This document shows, in pieces, positions 42,918-53,322 of a DNA stretch of 64,000 nt. This DNA comes from an uncultured Acidobacteriota bacterium. GTDB lineage: Bacteria; Acidobacteriota; Terriglobia; UBA7540. The notes below the pieces were generated by a model. The model saw only the letters and a program-made list of their open reading frames with translations. It made no database searches and was not told the DNA's origin. The stretch is from positions 1,088,001 through 1,152,000 of the forward strand of contig CAWDSK010000003.1 in NCBI GenBank assembly GCA_963804995.1, written 5' to 3'. Numbering within the stretch: position 1 is the stretch's first letter; every line of letters begins with the position of its first letter. The position numbers and the translations under genes were made by a program.

Positions 42918-43628
42918 ATGCGAAAACTAAAACTTTTGACACTAATGGCTCTGGGATTGATGGTCGCCACTTACGCGCGTGCCCAAGGTCCACCGGATCC
43001 AAATTACGATCCGAACTACAATCCGAACCCCGATCCAGGCTATGTGGATCCGGGCCCAGCCCAAGCATATGGGGTTCCATACGGCGCTCCAGTTTACGTG
43101 GGGCCACCTCCGGTGTGCCCGTATGGCTACTTCCCCTATTACCCCTATGCCTGCGCACCCTACGGCTACTATGGACCCAGCTGGTTTTCGGGCGGAATCT
43201 TTATTGGCGTCGGGCCGTGGGGCCATGGCTATCATGGCTTCTACGGGGGACGCGGCTTTGGCGGCCGGGGCAACTACGGACACGGGCCGGCCTATTCCGC
43301 ACGCGGAGGATCTCGCGGTGGGTACGGTAACGGTTACTCCGGCGGAGGCGCACGTACCTTCGGTGGAAATGGTAATGCCTACAGTGGTAGCGCACGAGGC
43401 TTCGGTGGAAGCGCACGAGGTTTCAGTGGAAGTGCACGTGGCTTCGGTGGAAACGCACGTGGCTTCAGTGGCGGCGGACGCTCCTTTGGTGGAAACGGAC
43501 GCAGCTTAGGTGGTGGCGGACGTGGCTTCGGTGGAGGCGGACATGCCTCAGGTGGAGGCGGACATGCCTTTGGAGGAGGTGGACATGGCGGAGGTAAAGG
43601 CAGTTCACATGGTGGTGGGCGCAGGTAA
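42918..43628 (+). CDS. Exported low-complexity Pro/Tyr-rich then Gly/Arg-rich protein
   Basis: GAGGAGG RBS, signal peptide, PPVCPYGY..YPYACAPYGYYG, tandem SARGFGG repeats. Confidence 0.8.
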   Translation: MRKLKLLTLMALGLMVATYARAQGPPDPNYDPNYNPNPDPGYVDPGPAQAYGVPYGAPVYVGPPPVCPYGYFPYYPYACAPYGYYGPSWFSGGIFIGVGPWGHGYHGFYGGRGFGGRGNYGHGPAYSARGGSRGGYGNGYSGGGARTFGGNGNAYSGSARGFGGSARGFSGSARGFGGNARGFSGGGRSFGGNGRSLGGGGRGFGGGGHASGGGGHAFGGGGHGGGKGSSHGGGRR

Positions 43629-44201
43629 ACTCCATCATCAACTCGAAGCTCTCGCGGCCGACGGCCCCTGCTGTCGGCCGCTGCGTTTTAGAAGCCAGGG
43701 GTCACCGGCGCAAAGGACCCTGTCGGCGTCACTCGCGAAAGCGACTTCGCGCGGAGGAACCGCACGCGAAAAGTCATAGGAAAAAAACGCATGAAGTTGG
43801 GAAAGTAAGTGGGACCTCGCTCGCTATGCCCCGCGGAAAGCAACAAGTGGGACAGTCCCACTTCTTTACAAACAGTCGCGGGCCTACAGATTTAAAGTGG
43901 GACAACAGGTGATGCTGAGCCCGACCTCCTCGCTCATCACCCAACCCGACATGCAGATTCCCTCCTCCGGTTCTCACGCCAACTCTAGCAAGAACCGCCG
44001 CGTTTCGAAGCCGGGGGCGCCGCATTGCACACCACAACTTTTTCCCTTTACCTTTGGATTTTCCTCTTCAGCCCCGCGGTGTTGCCCTTCCACCCACGCC
44101 CCAGAGACTCGCAGGCAAATCGGGCACAGACAAATCCGGCATATAAACGTCCGCCTCCTGCCGTGTTAGATTCGCGCCTAATCCCCGGATTGAGGTTCAT
44201 C

Positions 44202-47003
44202 ATGCGAAAAGCTCTTGTGCTCATGTTTCTTCTGCTTGTCCTCCCCGCCGTAGCGGGTGAGGGGCCGCGCTTGCCGATGCAGGCCCGGTTTGAAGACAGC
44301 GCCATGTACCGCTGGCTGCAAAAGCCGGTTCTCGAAACGCGGCTCCTCGACGACATGGAGAATCCCTCCACGTGGGTGCACAGCGGCTTTGGAGAAATGA
44401 CCTTCACCACGGAGCGGGCGATTGACGGCCGCCAGTCGTTGCGCCTTCAGGGCACGCTGGATCTGACCTCGGGCTACCGGTCGCGAACTATCACCGCCAC
44501 CCGCCCCTTCCCGGGCGAGGATTGGAGCAAGTCGAATCGCCTTTCCTTCTGGGTCTACCCCAACCTTCCGGGCTTCCACAACATCTCGATGCAAGTCTCT
44601 TTGCACAACGACGGCGCGTACAAGGTCCCCACCATGTGGAACCGCGAGGGGTTCAACACTTTCGAACTGGAAAACCAGAAGTGGAACCACATCGTCTGGG
44701 AGATTGCGAATCTGGCGCGCGACAAGGTGACGAGCGTGGTGATCGAATACCTGAACGACGGACGCGAGCCGCAGGCGGACCCCGTGGTCACATTTGATCT
44801 CGACCACCTGGAGCTCCAGCGCGTCGACGCTGACCACTTCGAGGGCTGGAACGTTGCCCCCGGCCGGATTTCTTTTAGCTCGAGCGGCTACGGGACTGGC
44901 GCCCCCAAGACCGCCCTCGCGAGCAACCTTACGGCGCGCGAATTCAGCGTCGTGCGGCAGGACACGGGCGAAGTCGTCCTCACGAAAGCCGTGCGGGATC
45001 TAGAAACCGGCATCGGCCACTTCGAGGTTCTGGATTTCTCCGAGGTCCGCGCCCCGGGTCTTTATGTGCTCAAGGCAGGCAGCGAGCAGACGCCGCCCTT
45101 CCCGATTGGTGACAACGTGTGGCGTAGCGCCATCTTCAAGGCCATCAACTTTTTTTATACGGAGCGATGCGGCACGGAGATTCCCGGCGTGCACGGGGTC
45201 TGCCACCTGGACTGGCAGGGAGTGCGCGGCGACAAGCGCATCATCATCAATGGCGGCTGGCACGATGCAGGCGACCTTTCGCAACTGCTGTTCAACACTG
45301 GCGAGGCCGTTTACGCCATGCTGAATCTAGCGGAAAAACTCCGGATGCGGGACCAAGACCCTGAACTTTCCGGCCGCCTGGTGGAGGAAGCGAAGTGGGG
45401 CCTCGAGTGGATTCTCAAAACCAATATGGGTGATGGCTACCGCATTGTGGCCTCAGGCATGGGTCACTGGACAGACGGCATCCTGGGAAATGGCGACGAC
45501 ATCGTGGAGCAAGCGAACCAGGCGCCCTATGAGGACTTTCTCGCGGCGGCGGCGGAAGCGCTGGCGGCGCGCGTGCTCAAGACGGATGACCCGGGCCTTG
45601 CCGCCTACAGCCTGCGCATGGCGCGCGACGACTGGCGATTCGGCGTCGAGGCCATGGGCATCAAGGAGCCGCGCCGCGACACGCTGGGCGAAAAAATCGA
45701 CGAGCTCTCGACGGGCGTGCTGGCCTCGCTCGATTTGTACCGCGCCACGGGCGAGCCGCGCTATGCCGACAAGGCCCGCGAATATGGTCAGGTGCTGGTG
45801 TCCATGCAGGAGCGCAAGCTTCATGCCGACTGGAAAGCGCCCATCACGGGCTACTTTTACACCAGTCCCGAAAAAGACGAACTCCAACATTACAGCCATC
45901 CCGGCCACGCCCAGGGCCCCATGGTCGCGCTCACCCGCCTGTGCGAGGATTTCCCCAACAACCCCGACTGGATGAAATGGTATGCGGCCGTGGCGCTGCA
46001 CTCCGAGTACTTCTTGCAAGCGATGGCGCAGTTCACGGAACCTTACAGCGTGCTGCCCGCCTCGGTGTATCGCGACGATGAGTATTTGCGGGCGCCTGAG
46101 GACCGGCGCGATTCCTATCGGCGGCAAATCCTGAACGGAATCGAAATCGGCAAGGGATATCATCTGCGCCTCTTCCCGGTGTGGTTCGAGCGGCGGGGGA
46201 CGAACGGCACGGGGCTATCAGAAAGCAAGGCGCTTTCCGCCGCGGCGCACCTGCGCGGGAGTCTCGTGGCAGCGGACCTGGCAGAGAAACAGTTGGAATG
46301 GATTGCCGGGCGGAATCCCTTCGCGCAAAGCATCATGTACGGCGAGGGCTACGACTTCGCGCCCATGTACTCTCCCGCGTCCGGTGACATCGTGGGCGCG
46401 CTCTCCGTGGGCATCGAGGCGCGCGATGACAGCGATATACCTTACTGGCCCGCCGCCACCTGCTACAACTACAAAGAAGTTTGGACGCACGCCGTTTCCC
46501 GCTGGCTTTATCTGGTGCAGGATCTGGCCGGTCCCGGGCTGGTCATGGGCCGCGCCCAGGGTGGGGAGCTGGAATTTCGTGGGAAGGACAGCGACCAGAC
46601 CATCCGGGTGCCGGTCGATCCCGCCACCGGCGCCTTCCGCGCCTGGTTGCCGGAAGGTACGTACGAGGTGCAGGGAAAGTCCCTGACCGTTCTGCCCAGC
46701 GCCACGTATGACCTCAACCTAATACCAGGTCACGACTTCAACCTCGCGTTGACGCAGAAAACGGACCGGGCCGGCCGAGTTTCCATCAGCATCACCGCGC
46801 GCGGCAAAGGTACTCACCAACTGGCATTCCGCACGGATAACCTTGCGCTCGCCCGGCAGGTGGTCACGCTGAATCTGGATTCACCCAGCGGTGGGACGAT
46901 GACACTCGAAGGCAAAGTCGATGCCCTAGATAGCCCCTGGGTCGCGGTGGTGGTCCCTGATAACAATCTGGCGGAGAGGCAGGAACTCCTCGGCGCCCCT
47001 TGA
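44202..47003 (+). CDS. Glycoside hydrolase family 9-like protein
   Basis: Signal peptide, Ig-like domain, GGWHDAGD, GRNPF. Confidence 0.8.
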   Translation: MRKALVLMFLLLVLPAVAGEGPRLPMQARFEDSAMYRWLQKPVLETRLLDDMENPSTWVHSGFGEMTFTTERAIDGRQSLRLQGTLDLTSGYRSRTITATRPFPGEDWSKSNRLSFWVYPNLPGFHNISMQVSLHNDGAYKVPTMWNREGFNTFELENQKWNHIVWEIANLARDKVTSVVIEYLNDGREPQADPVVTFDLDHLELQRVDADHFEGWNVAPGRISFSSSGYGTGAPKTALASNLTAREFSVVRQDTGEVVLTKAVRDLETGIGHFEVLDFSEVRAPGLYVLKAGSEQTPPFPIGDNVWRSAIFKAINFFYTERCGTEIPGVHGVCHLDWQGVRGDKRIIINGGWHDAGDLSQLLFNTGEAVYAMLNLAEKLRMRDQDPELSGRLVEEAKWGLEWILKTNMGDGYRIVASGMGHWTDGILGNGDDIVEQANQAPYEDFLAAAAEALAARVLKTDDPGLAAYSLRMARDDWRFGVEAMGIKEPRRDTLGEKIDELSTGVLASLDLYRATGEPRYADKAREYGQVLVSMQERKLHADWKAPITGYFYTSPEKDELQHYSHPGHAQGPMVALTRLCEDFPNNPDWMKWYAAVALHSEYFLQAMAQFTEPYSVLPASVYRDDEYLRAPEDRRDSYRRQILNGIEIGKGYHLRLFPVWFERRGTNGTGLSESKALSAAAHLRGSLVAADLAEKQLEWIAGRNPFAQSIMYGEGYDFAPMYSPASGDIVGALSVGIEARDDSDIPYWPAATCYNYKEVWTHAVSRWLYLVQDLAGPGLVMGRAQGGELEFRGKDSDQTIRVPVDPATGAFRAWLPEGTYEVQGKSLTVLPSATYDLNLIPGHDFNLALTQKTDRAGRVSISITARGKGTHQLAFRTDNLALARQVVTLNLDSPSGGTMTLEGKVDALDSPWVAVVVPDNNLAERQELLGAP

Positions 47004-47553
47004 TGCGCCACGCAGTACCGAGCGGCGGAGCCGCAACCAGAATGTGCCACGGGCATCCTGCCCGTGTCGGGGTCACGGGCGGGACCCCGATGAATCGGGG
47101 CAGGCAGCCCGTGGCACAACGTAGGGCCCAGCGGCGCTGGGCCGGCCGAACGCCGTTCGGCCCTACGAAAAACACGCGGTCGCCGCGGCGACCCCTACAC
47201 CCCGGGTTGCTGCTCCGCCCCGCTACCCGCTTATAGCCCTCGGTCGCCGCGGCGACAGAGGGTGGCGAGCCGCCGGCGTACTCATCAGCCGGGGCGCGAC
47301 GGGTGAGGGGGTGCTTTCGACACGAAGTTCATACGAAATTCGCAAACCAAGGTTCTGGTGAGCCCGAAATGAATTTCATCCTCGTCAGGAAAACCGCCGA
47401 TAACGATACGGGGGAGTGTCGGGGAAACAGCGAGGGGGGCAGGAGGAATGGTGGGCAGGCGCGGGGCGAGCCCGCACGGTAGCACAGGCACTCCTGCCTG
47501 TGAATGCGGCCCGCGAAGAGTGTCTGAATGGAGAGAATTGGGAGTTATAACCA

Positions 47554-48108
47554 ATGCGTAAAGACACTTTACGGGGTGTCTGGGCTTGGAGTTTGATTAC
47601 GTTCTTGATTGTTGGATTCCCGCCGCTCAAATCGTCGGATGATGGGACCTCCAAGGTCCAGGTTGTTAGCGTCGGAGTCAAAATGTTAAACAACAAGGTT
47701 GAACTCCGACTGAAGGTGATCAACAGATCGGACAGACCCGTGTTTCTGGCAGGATCCAATTTCGATAGGCCCGAGCCGGCCGCCGTGTTCCTTGAACAGT
47801 GGGGCGGGGGAGAAGGCTGGACGGCGGTGGCCCCTTGCTTGGACGTGCCACCTGGGAACGTGATCAGTCTGGATCCAGGCAAGGCCATTGCTTCGGGTTA
47901 CGATTTGAAAGTTCTGCCCCCAAAGCTAGGGGTCTGTAAAGCACCGAACCTTCAATTTGGAGGCCGCTTCCGGTATCGAGTAATCTATTTTATGAGCAAG
48001 AAGGAGGCCCAGATCTACGCCGAACACGTGTACTCCCCGAGCCTTCAGCCACCGGGCGCTCACGTTGCACTGTCGGAGCCATTCGAAATCCCACCAGCGA
48101 AGAAATAG
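47554..48108 (+). CDS. Hypothetical exported protein
   Basis: GGGAG RBS, hydrophobic N-terminus, 184 aa. Confidence 0.6.
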   Translation: MRKDTLRGVWAWSLITFLIVGFPPLKSSDDGTSKVQVVSVGVKMLNNKVELRLKVINRSDRPVFLAGSNFDRPEPAAVFLEQWGGGEGWTAVAPCLDVPPGNVISLDPGKAIASGYDLKVLPPKLGVCKAPNLQFGGRFRYRVIYFMSKKEAQIYAEHVYSPSLQPPGAHVALSEPFEIPPAKK

Positions 48109-48304
48109 GCAGCCGGGGGCTCGAAAGGAAGTCGAGAATGCCTCCGCGCGCGCAGCGAGAAACGTGAGGCGCAGGGCTGGACCCGCCCTGTGGCAGCCGG
48201 CCGCTTTTTGAGGACATCTATTATGAAAAGCCTATTGCTGTTGACGTTCTTGTTCCCCCCGATCCTGTGGGGAGCTTCTATGCCAGCAAGTAGCGCAGCC
48301 TAGG

Positions 48305-48743
48305 TAGCGCAGAGTCTGGCCCTTTCAGACTCTGCGGCTCTTAATCTAATAAACATTCGCTATAGTATTAACACGCGACTTAACCACCAAACATGGTGAC
48401 TCAGTATCCACTGGGGGAATAAGCGGTGATCGCCGGTCGCGCCCAACCAACGAAGGGCCGCAGAGTCTCGAAGAGCACGAGACTCTGCGCTACCTCGCTG
48501 ATCAGGATAATTAAGTAAGGCCGGCTGGCGCAGACGCTAAAAAGGGGAGGTAGCGCAGAGTCTGGCCCTTTCAGACTCTGCGGCTCTTAATCTGATAAAC
48601 ATGCACTGTATCATTAACACCTAACTTAACCACCTAACATGGGGAATCAGTCTCCTTTGGGGAAATAAGCTGTGGTCGGGGGTTGCGTCCAACCAACGAA
48701 GAGCCGCAGAGTCTCGAAAAGCGCGAGACTCTGCGCTACCTCG
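48305..48743. repeat. Two tandem ~190-bp REP doublets
   Basis: GTAGCGCAGAGTCTGGCCCTTTCAGACTCTGCGG ... GAGACTCTGCGCTAC at 48305 and 48550; partial inverted copy near 51800-51866. Confidence 0.85.
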
Positions 48744-48952
48744 CTACCTAGCTAAAAGACGATTGCACCAGGTGGCGCAGACTGGGTAGCGCGGCTGAGG
48801 GATTTACCACCCCTTTGCCTCATGTGCTCCCGTAACCACCCCGTCGCCTTCGGCGCCACCCCTCCCTTCGACAGGCTCAGGGCAGGCTCTGAATCAGGCG
48901 GGGAGCCTTTGAAAACTCCCCTCCTCAGATGAGGAGGGGTGGCGCGCTGAGC

Positions 48953-49036
48953 GCCGATAGCGTGTTCTTTCCAAATTGATCATCGGGGCCGAGCCCCGAT
49001 AGCGTGTTCTTTCCAAATTGATCATCGGGGCCGAGC
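48953..49036. repeat. 42-bp tandem duplication
   Basis: CCGATAGCGTGTTCTTTCCAAATTGATCATCGGGGCCGAGC twice. Confidence 0.85.
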
Positions 49037-49389
49037 GCCGGGGTGGTGCTGATCAGCGCGGCGGGGCCGCAACCGGAACGTGCCACGGGCATCCTGCCGG
49101 CTCCGTAGGTGGATGAGGGTCTGCTCATCGGGTGGTGAAGTAACCCCTCACCCGTCCCGCCCCGGCTGATGAAAACGCCGGTTGCGGTCCACCCTCTCCC
49201 CTCGGAGAGGGCTATGATTTCAATTCCTATCCCTCGAGGTTGAGCAAGCAAGTAGCGCAGCGGGCCGGCTGGCGCAGGGCGAGCCCAGCCCTGCGATTCA
49301 CGTGGCTGAACATGCCCGGCGGAAGTGCCGTTGACGGCGCTTCCCCGCGGTGTATAGTGGTGGTCCACAATTCCTGAGGGGCGAGGATT

Positions 49390-51741
49390 ATGAACAGACG
49401 GCAGTTCGTCCGGAATTCGGCATTCGGGCTGGCGGCGCTTACCGCTAACTTGGCCGACCAGAATCCGCTAGAACTCAATTCGTTTGCATCGGAAATTCAG
49501 ACGTTGCCTGGCACCGAAGCGTTGACGTGGACCGAGGATCTCTCCGTGAAGATGATGGACGGCGCCCATCGCTATATCGAGCGGAAGATCGATGAGTCGG
49601 TGCGCACCAGGCAGAAGCATTGGAGCCGTGAAACCTCCAGCCGCGAGGCCTATGAGAAGTCGGTCGAGCCCAATCGCCGGCGATTCCTGGAAAAGATTGG
49701 CGTCGTTGACACGCGCGAGGCCGTGGTGATGGAGCGCTGCGCAAACGATTCGGATCCTGAAGTGGTCTCGGAGACCGCAACTTATCGCGTTTACATGGTG
49801 CGCTGGCCGGTTTTGGACGGTGTTCACGGGGAAGGGTTGCTGCTCGAGCCCAAGCGGCCGCCGGTGGCACGGATCGTCGCGCTCCCCGACGCCGACGCGA
49901 CTCCTGAACAGCTCGCAGGCCTTGCGCCGGGCATGGAACGCGATACGCAATTCGCCCGCCGCTTAGCCGAAAGCGGCTGCCTGGTAATTGTTCCGACCCT
50001 GATCGACAGGGCCGTGCGCTGGCCCGACACGCCGGACGGGAAACGCCGGGTGGAGCATGGCATTACGCATCGCGAGTGGATTTATCGCCAGGCGTTTCAC
50101 ATGGGCCGGCACATCATCGGCTACGAGGTGCAAAAAGTTTTGGCCGCGGTCGACTGGTTCCAGAAGCAGGCCCCGCAGGTTCCGGTGGGCGTGGCCGGCT
50201 ACGGTGAGGGTGGCCTGCTGGCGTTCTATTCGGCCGCGGCGGACCCTCGCATCCGGGCGGCCTGGGTCAGCGGCTATTTCAGCTCACGACAAGGCGTCTG
50301 GTCAGAGCCCATCTATCGCAACGTCTGGGGATTGCTCGAAGAGTTCGGAGACGCTGAGCTCGCCACTTTGATTGCGCCCCGGGGATTGGTGGTGGAATAC
50401 AGCGCCTGCCCGCCAGTGAAAGGGCAGAAAGGTGACGTGGTAACGCCCGACTTTCAAACCGTGGCGACGGAATTTGAACGCGTCGGCACGTTGCTGCCCT
50501 CTGGCTTTCAGCCGCGCGAGCTCGTGCGCGGGCCGGGTGACGGGCTGGTTGGCCCGGGCTCCAGGCAGGCCTTGGACGCATTCCTAAAGCTGCTGGGGGC
50601 AGGCGCGTCCGTGCGCGCTTCGGGTTCTTCACCGGTCGATGCGCGCAAATCTTTTGACCCCGCCGCGAGGCAGGACCGCCAGGTGGAAGAACTCGAGAAC
50701 CGCGTCCAGGCCATGGTTGAAAACTCCGACCACGTGCGCGCGGAGTTCTGGTTTGATAAGTTCCTGCCCGACTTCGAAACGGAACCGTGGTCCATGAGCT
50801 TGCGCTTTGCTCCACGTTCGCCCGAGCCGTTCATCCAGGGAGCCGCCTGGTATCGCGACCACCTCTGGAACGAAGTCCTCGGAAAATTGACGGAACCCAT
50901 GCTGCCGCCCCGTCCCCGCACTCGCCAAATTTATGACCGGGAACGATGGGTGGGGTACGACGTGGTTTTGGACGTCTGGGAAGACGTTTTCGCCTGGGGA
51001 ATTTTGCTGGTCCCCAAGGACCTTCAGCCGGGCGAGCGGCGGTCGGTGGTGGTGTGCCAGCACGGACGCAGTGGCCTGCCCAAGGACGTCATTGAGGAAG
51101 GTGGAACCGGTGAAGCCTACTACCGTTGCTTTGCCGCGCGACTGGCCGACCGCGGGTTCGTGACCTTTGCGCCGCACGCCCTTTATCGGGGCGAGGATCG
51201 CTACCGCTACCTCAGCCGCAAGGGCAATGGGATCAAAGCCTCCTTGTTCTCCTTCATCATCGCCCAGCACGACCAGACGCTGCGCTGGCTGCAGTCGCTC
51301 CCCTTCGTCAATCCGGAACGCATCGCCTTTTACGGGCTCAGCTACGGGGGAGAAACCGCGGTCCGCGTGCCGCCGGTCCTCGAAAATTATTGCTTGTCGA
51401 TTTGCTCGGGTGATTACAACAACTGGACCCGGAAAGTGGCTGCCACGGACTACCCGAACAGCTTCATGTCGAGCGTCGAGTGGGAGATGCCGTACTTCAA
51501 CATGGGTAACACATTCGATTACGCGGAACTGGCGGCCCTGATCTTCCCGCGTCCCTTTATGGTGGAACGGGGCCATCACGACGGGGTGGCGCGAGATCGC
51601 TTCGTGGCGTCTGAATACGCAACCATCCAGTGGTTATATGAGCAGTATGGCTTCGCGGACCGGACGGAAATCGAATACTTCAACGGCGGCCATACCATCC
51701 ACGGCGAGGGTACCTTCGCGTTTCTGGAAAAGCATCTGTGA
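49390..51741 (+). CDS. Tat-exported double alpha/beta-hydrolase (dienelactone hydrolase-like)
   Basis: MNRRQFV; GYGEGG and GLSYGG nucleophile elbows; C-terminal GGH. Confidence 0.8.
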   Translation: MNRRQFVRNSAFGLAALTANLADQNPLELNSFASEIQTLPGTEALTWTEDLSVKMMDGAHRYIERKIDESVRTRQKHWSRETSSREAYEKSVEPNRRRFLEKIGVVDTREAVVMERCANDSDPEVVSETATYRVYMVRWPVLDGVHGEGLLLEPKRPPVARIVALPDADATPEQLAGLAPGMERDTQFARRLAESGCLVIVPTLIDRAVRWPDTPDGKRRVEHGITHREWIYRQAFHMGRHIIGYEVQKVLAAVDWFQKQAPQVPVGVAGYGEGGLLAFYSAAADPRIRAAWVSGYFSSRQGVWSEPIYRNVWGLLEEFGDAELATLIAPRGLVVEYSACPPVKGQKGDVVTPDFQTVATEFERVGTLLPSGFQPRELVRGPGDGLVGPGSRQALDAFLKLLGAGASVRASGSSPVDARKSFDPAARQDRQVEELENRVQAMVENSDHVRAEFWFDKFLPDFETEPWSMSLRFAPRSPEPFIQGAAWYRDHLWNEVLGKLTEPMLPPRPRTRQIYDRERWVGYDVVLDVWEDVFAWGILLVPKDLQPGERRSVVVCQHGRSGLPKDVIEEGGTGEAYYRCFAARLADRGFVTFAPHALYRGEDRYRYLSRKGNGIKASLFSFIIAQHDQTLRWLQSLPFVNPERIAFYGLSYGGETAVRVPPVLENYCLSICSGDYNNWTRKVAATDYPNSFMSSVEWEMPYFNMGNTFDYAELAALIFPRPFMVERGHHDGVARDRFVASEYATIQWLYEQYGFADRTEIEYFNGGHTIHGEGTFAFLEKHL

Positions 51742-52489
51742 AGCCGTAAACACGTTTGGCGGGTGGCAGACTTCGGCTCGCTCTGCGCCAGCCTGCGGGG
51801 TGTTAATAGTAAAGTGGATGTTTATCAGATTAAGAGCCGCAGACTCTGAAAGGCACAGACTCTGCAATGCAATACCGTAAATCCTTGTTGTTTTAGCAAA
51901 CATTTTGGGGCGAGAGTTGAAAGTGGCGACTTCCATCCAAGGGACCCCTCATCCGCTTCGTACCTCAGCACCTTCTCCCCTGGGAGAAGGTTGGAAATCA
52001 GACCGCCCTCTCCGAGGGGAGAGGGTGGACCGCCGCCGGCGTTTTCATCAGCCGGGGCGGGACGGGTGAGGGGTTACTTCACCACCCGATAAGCGGACCC
52101 GCACCCAACTACGGAACTAGCAGCGCCGTTTCCAGTTTGGTTGCGCTCCTCCGCTCTGCTACCCGCTTCCTTAGATTCACGCTTCCGAATCGGAGGGCAC
52201 AACCGGATTTGCGGTTTCCCCCTACTGAAGAACCGCGGACCCCAACGGCGGGGGTCCGCGCTACCCGAACAGATTCACGGTTTCCGATACGTGGGCTAAG
52301 TGAGAAGGCTGGCGGCTGCCGGGGAGAATCATTGGGAATTGCCATCCAGGCCCGTAAGAGTTTAAGATGGCATTCCCAATCCAGAGGGAAACATGTCAAC
52401 CCAATACGTTCGATGCGGTATGGTTATGGCCAGCCGGCACGGCTGCTAACCCCAATTTCTAGCCGGCTTAGTTGCTCCAAGGAGGGCAA

Positions 52490-53297
52490 ATGCAAGGTCC
52501 AAAATTGAAGCAGTGCTATGAGCATTACACCTGGCCCGAAATGAAAGAGGTCATCGCCCGCCAGCCGGTGTGCATTCTGCCCATCGGTTCGGTGGAGGAC
52601 CACGGCAAGCACCTGCCGCTCAACGTCGATAATTACCTGATCGGCACGATCTGCGACGAGGTGGCCCGGCGGATTCCGGATGAGGTGCTTCTGCTGCCAC
52701 CCATCCCCTACGGCTTCGAGGACCATCACATGAGCTTCCCCGGGACGATCACCATTCGGCCTGAGACCCTGGAAGCCTTTGTGCTGGATATTACTTTGAG
52801 CCTCGCCCATCACGGCTTCCGCAAAATTCTGCTGGCCGACGGCCACGGCAGTAATATGCCCATCCTCAACCTCGCCGCGCGCAAGACGATTATTCAGTCT
52901 GACGCGCTCTGCGCCTGCTTCATCTGGCCCTCGCTTATCACCGGCTTGATCAAGAGCACGCGTGAGAGTCCCTTCCCGGGCGGCATGTCGCATGCCTGCG
53001 AACTCGAAGACCTCGGTATACCTTTATCTGAATGAGTCAGCCGTGCAAATGGACAAGGCTGAAAAGGAAATCGGCTTTCACCCGTCAAAATATTATTGGC
53101 ACGATCTGGGCGGCGGGCCTCCCGTACGGATGGTCGAATGGTGGACACGGATATCGAACAGCGGCGTTGTGGGTGACCCCACGCTCGCTACCCGCGAGAA
53201 GGGCAAGCTCTGGTTCGAGGCCACGGTCACCAATCTCATCGAATTCATTCGGGAGTTCCGCGGCTTTGAGGTTCGCCCCAAGGTGGATCACCACTGA
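52490..53297 (+). CDS. Creatininase family amidohydrolase; one-base frameshift at 53007-53008
   Basis: PIGSVEDHGKHLP, HHMSFPGT, DGHGSN; removing one A restores HACELETS; GVVGDP. Confidence 0.88.
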
Positions 53298-53322
53298 TGA
53301 CCCGGGTCGGCCTGAAGCTCTG

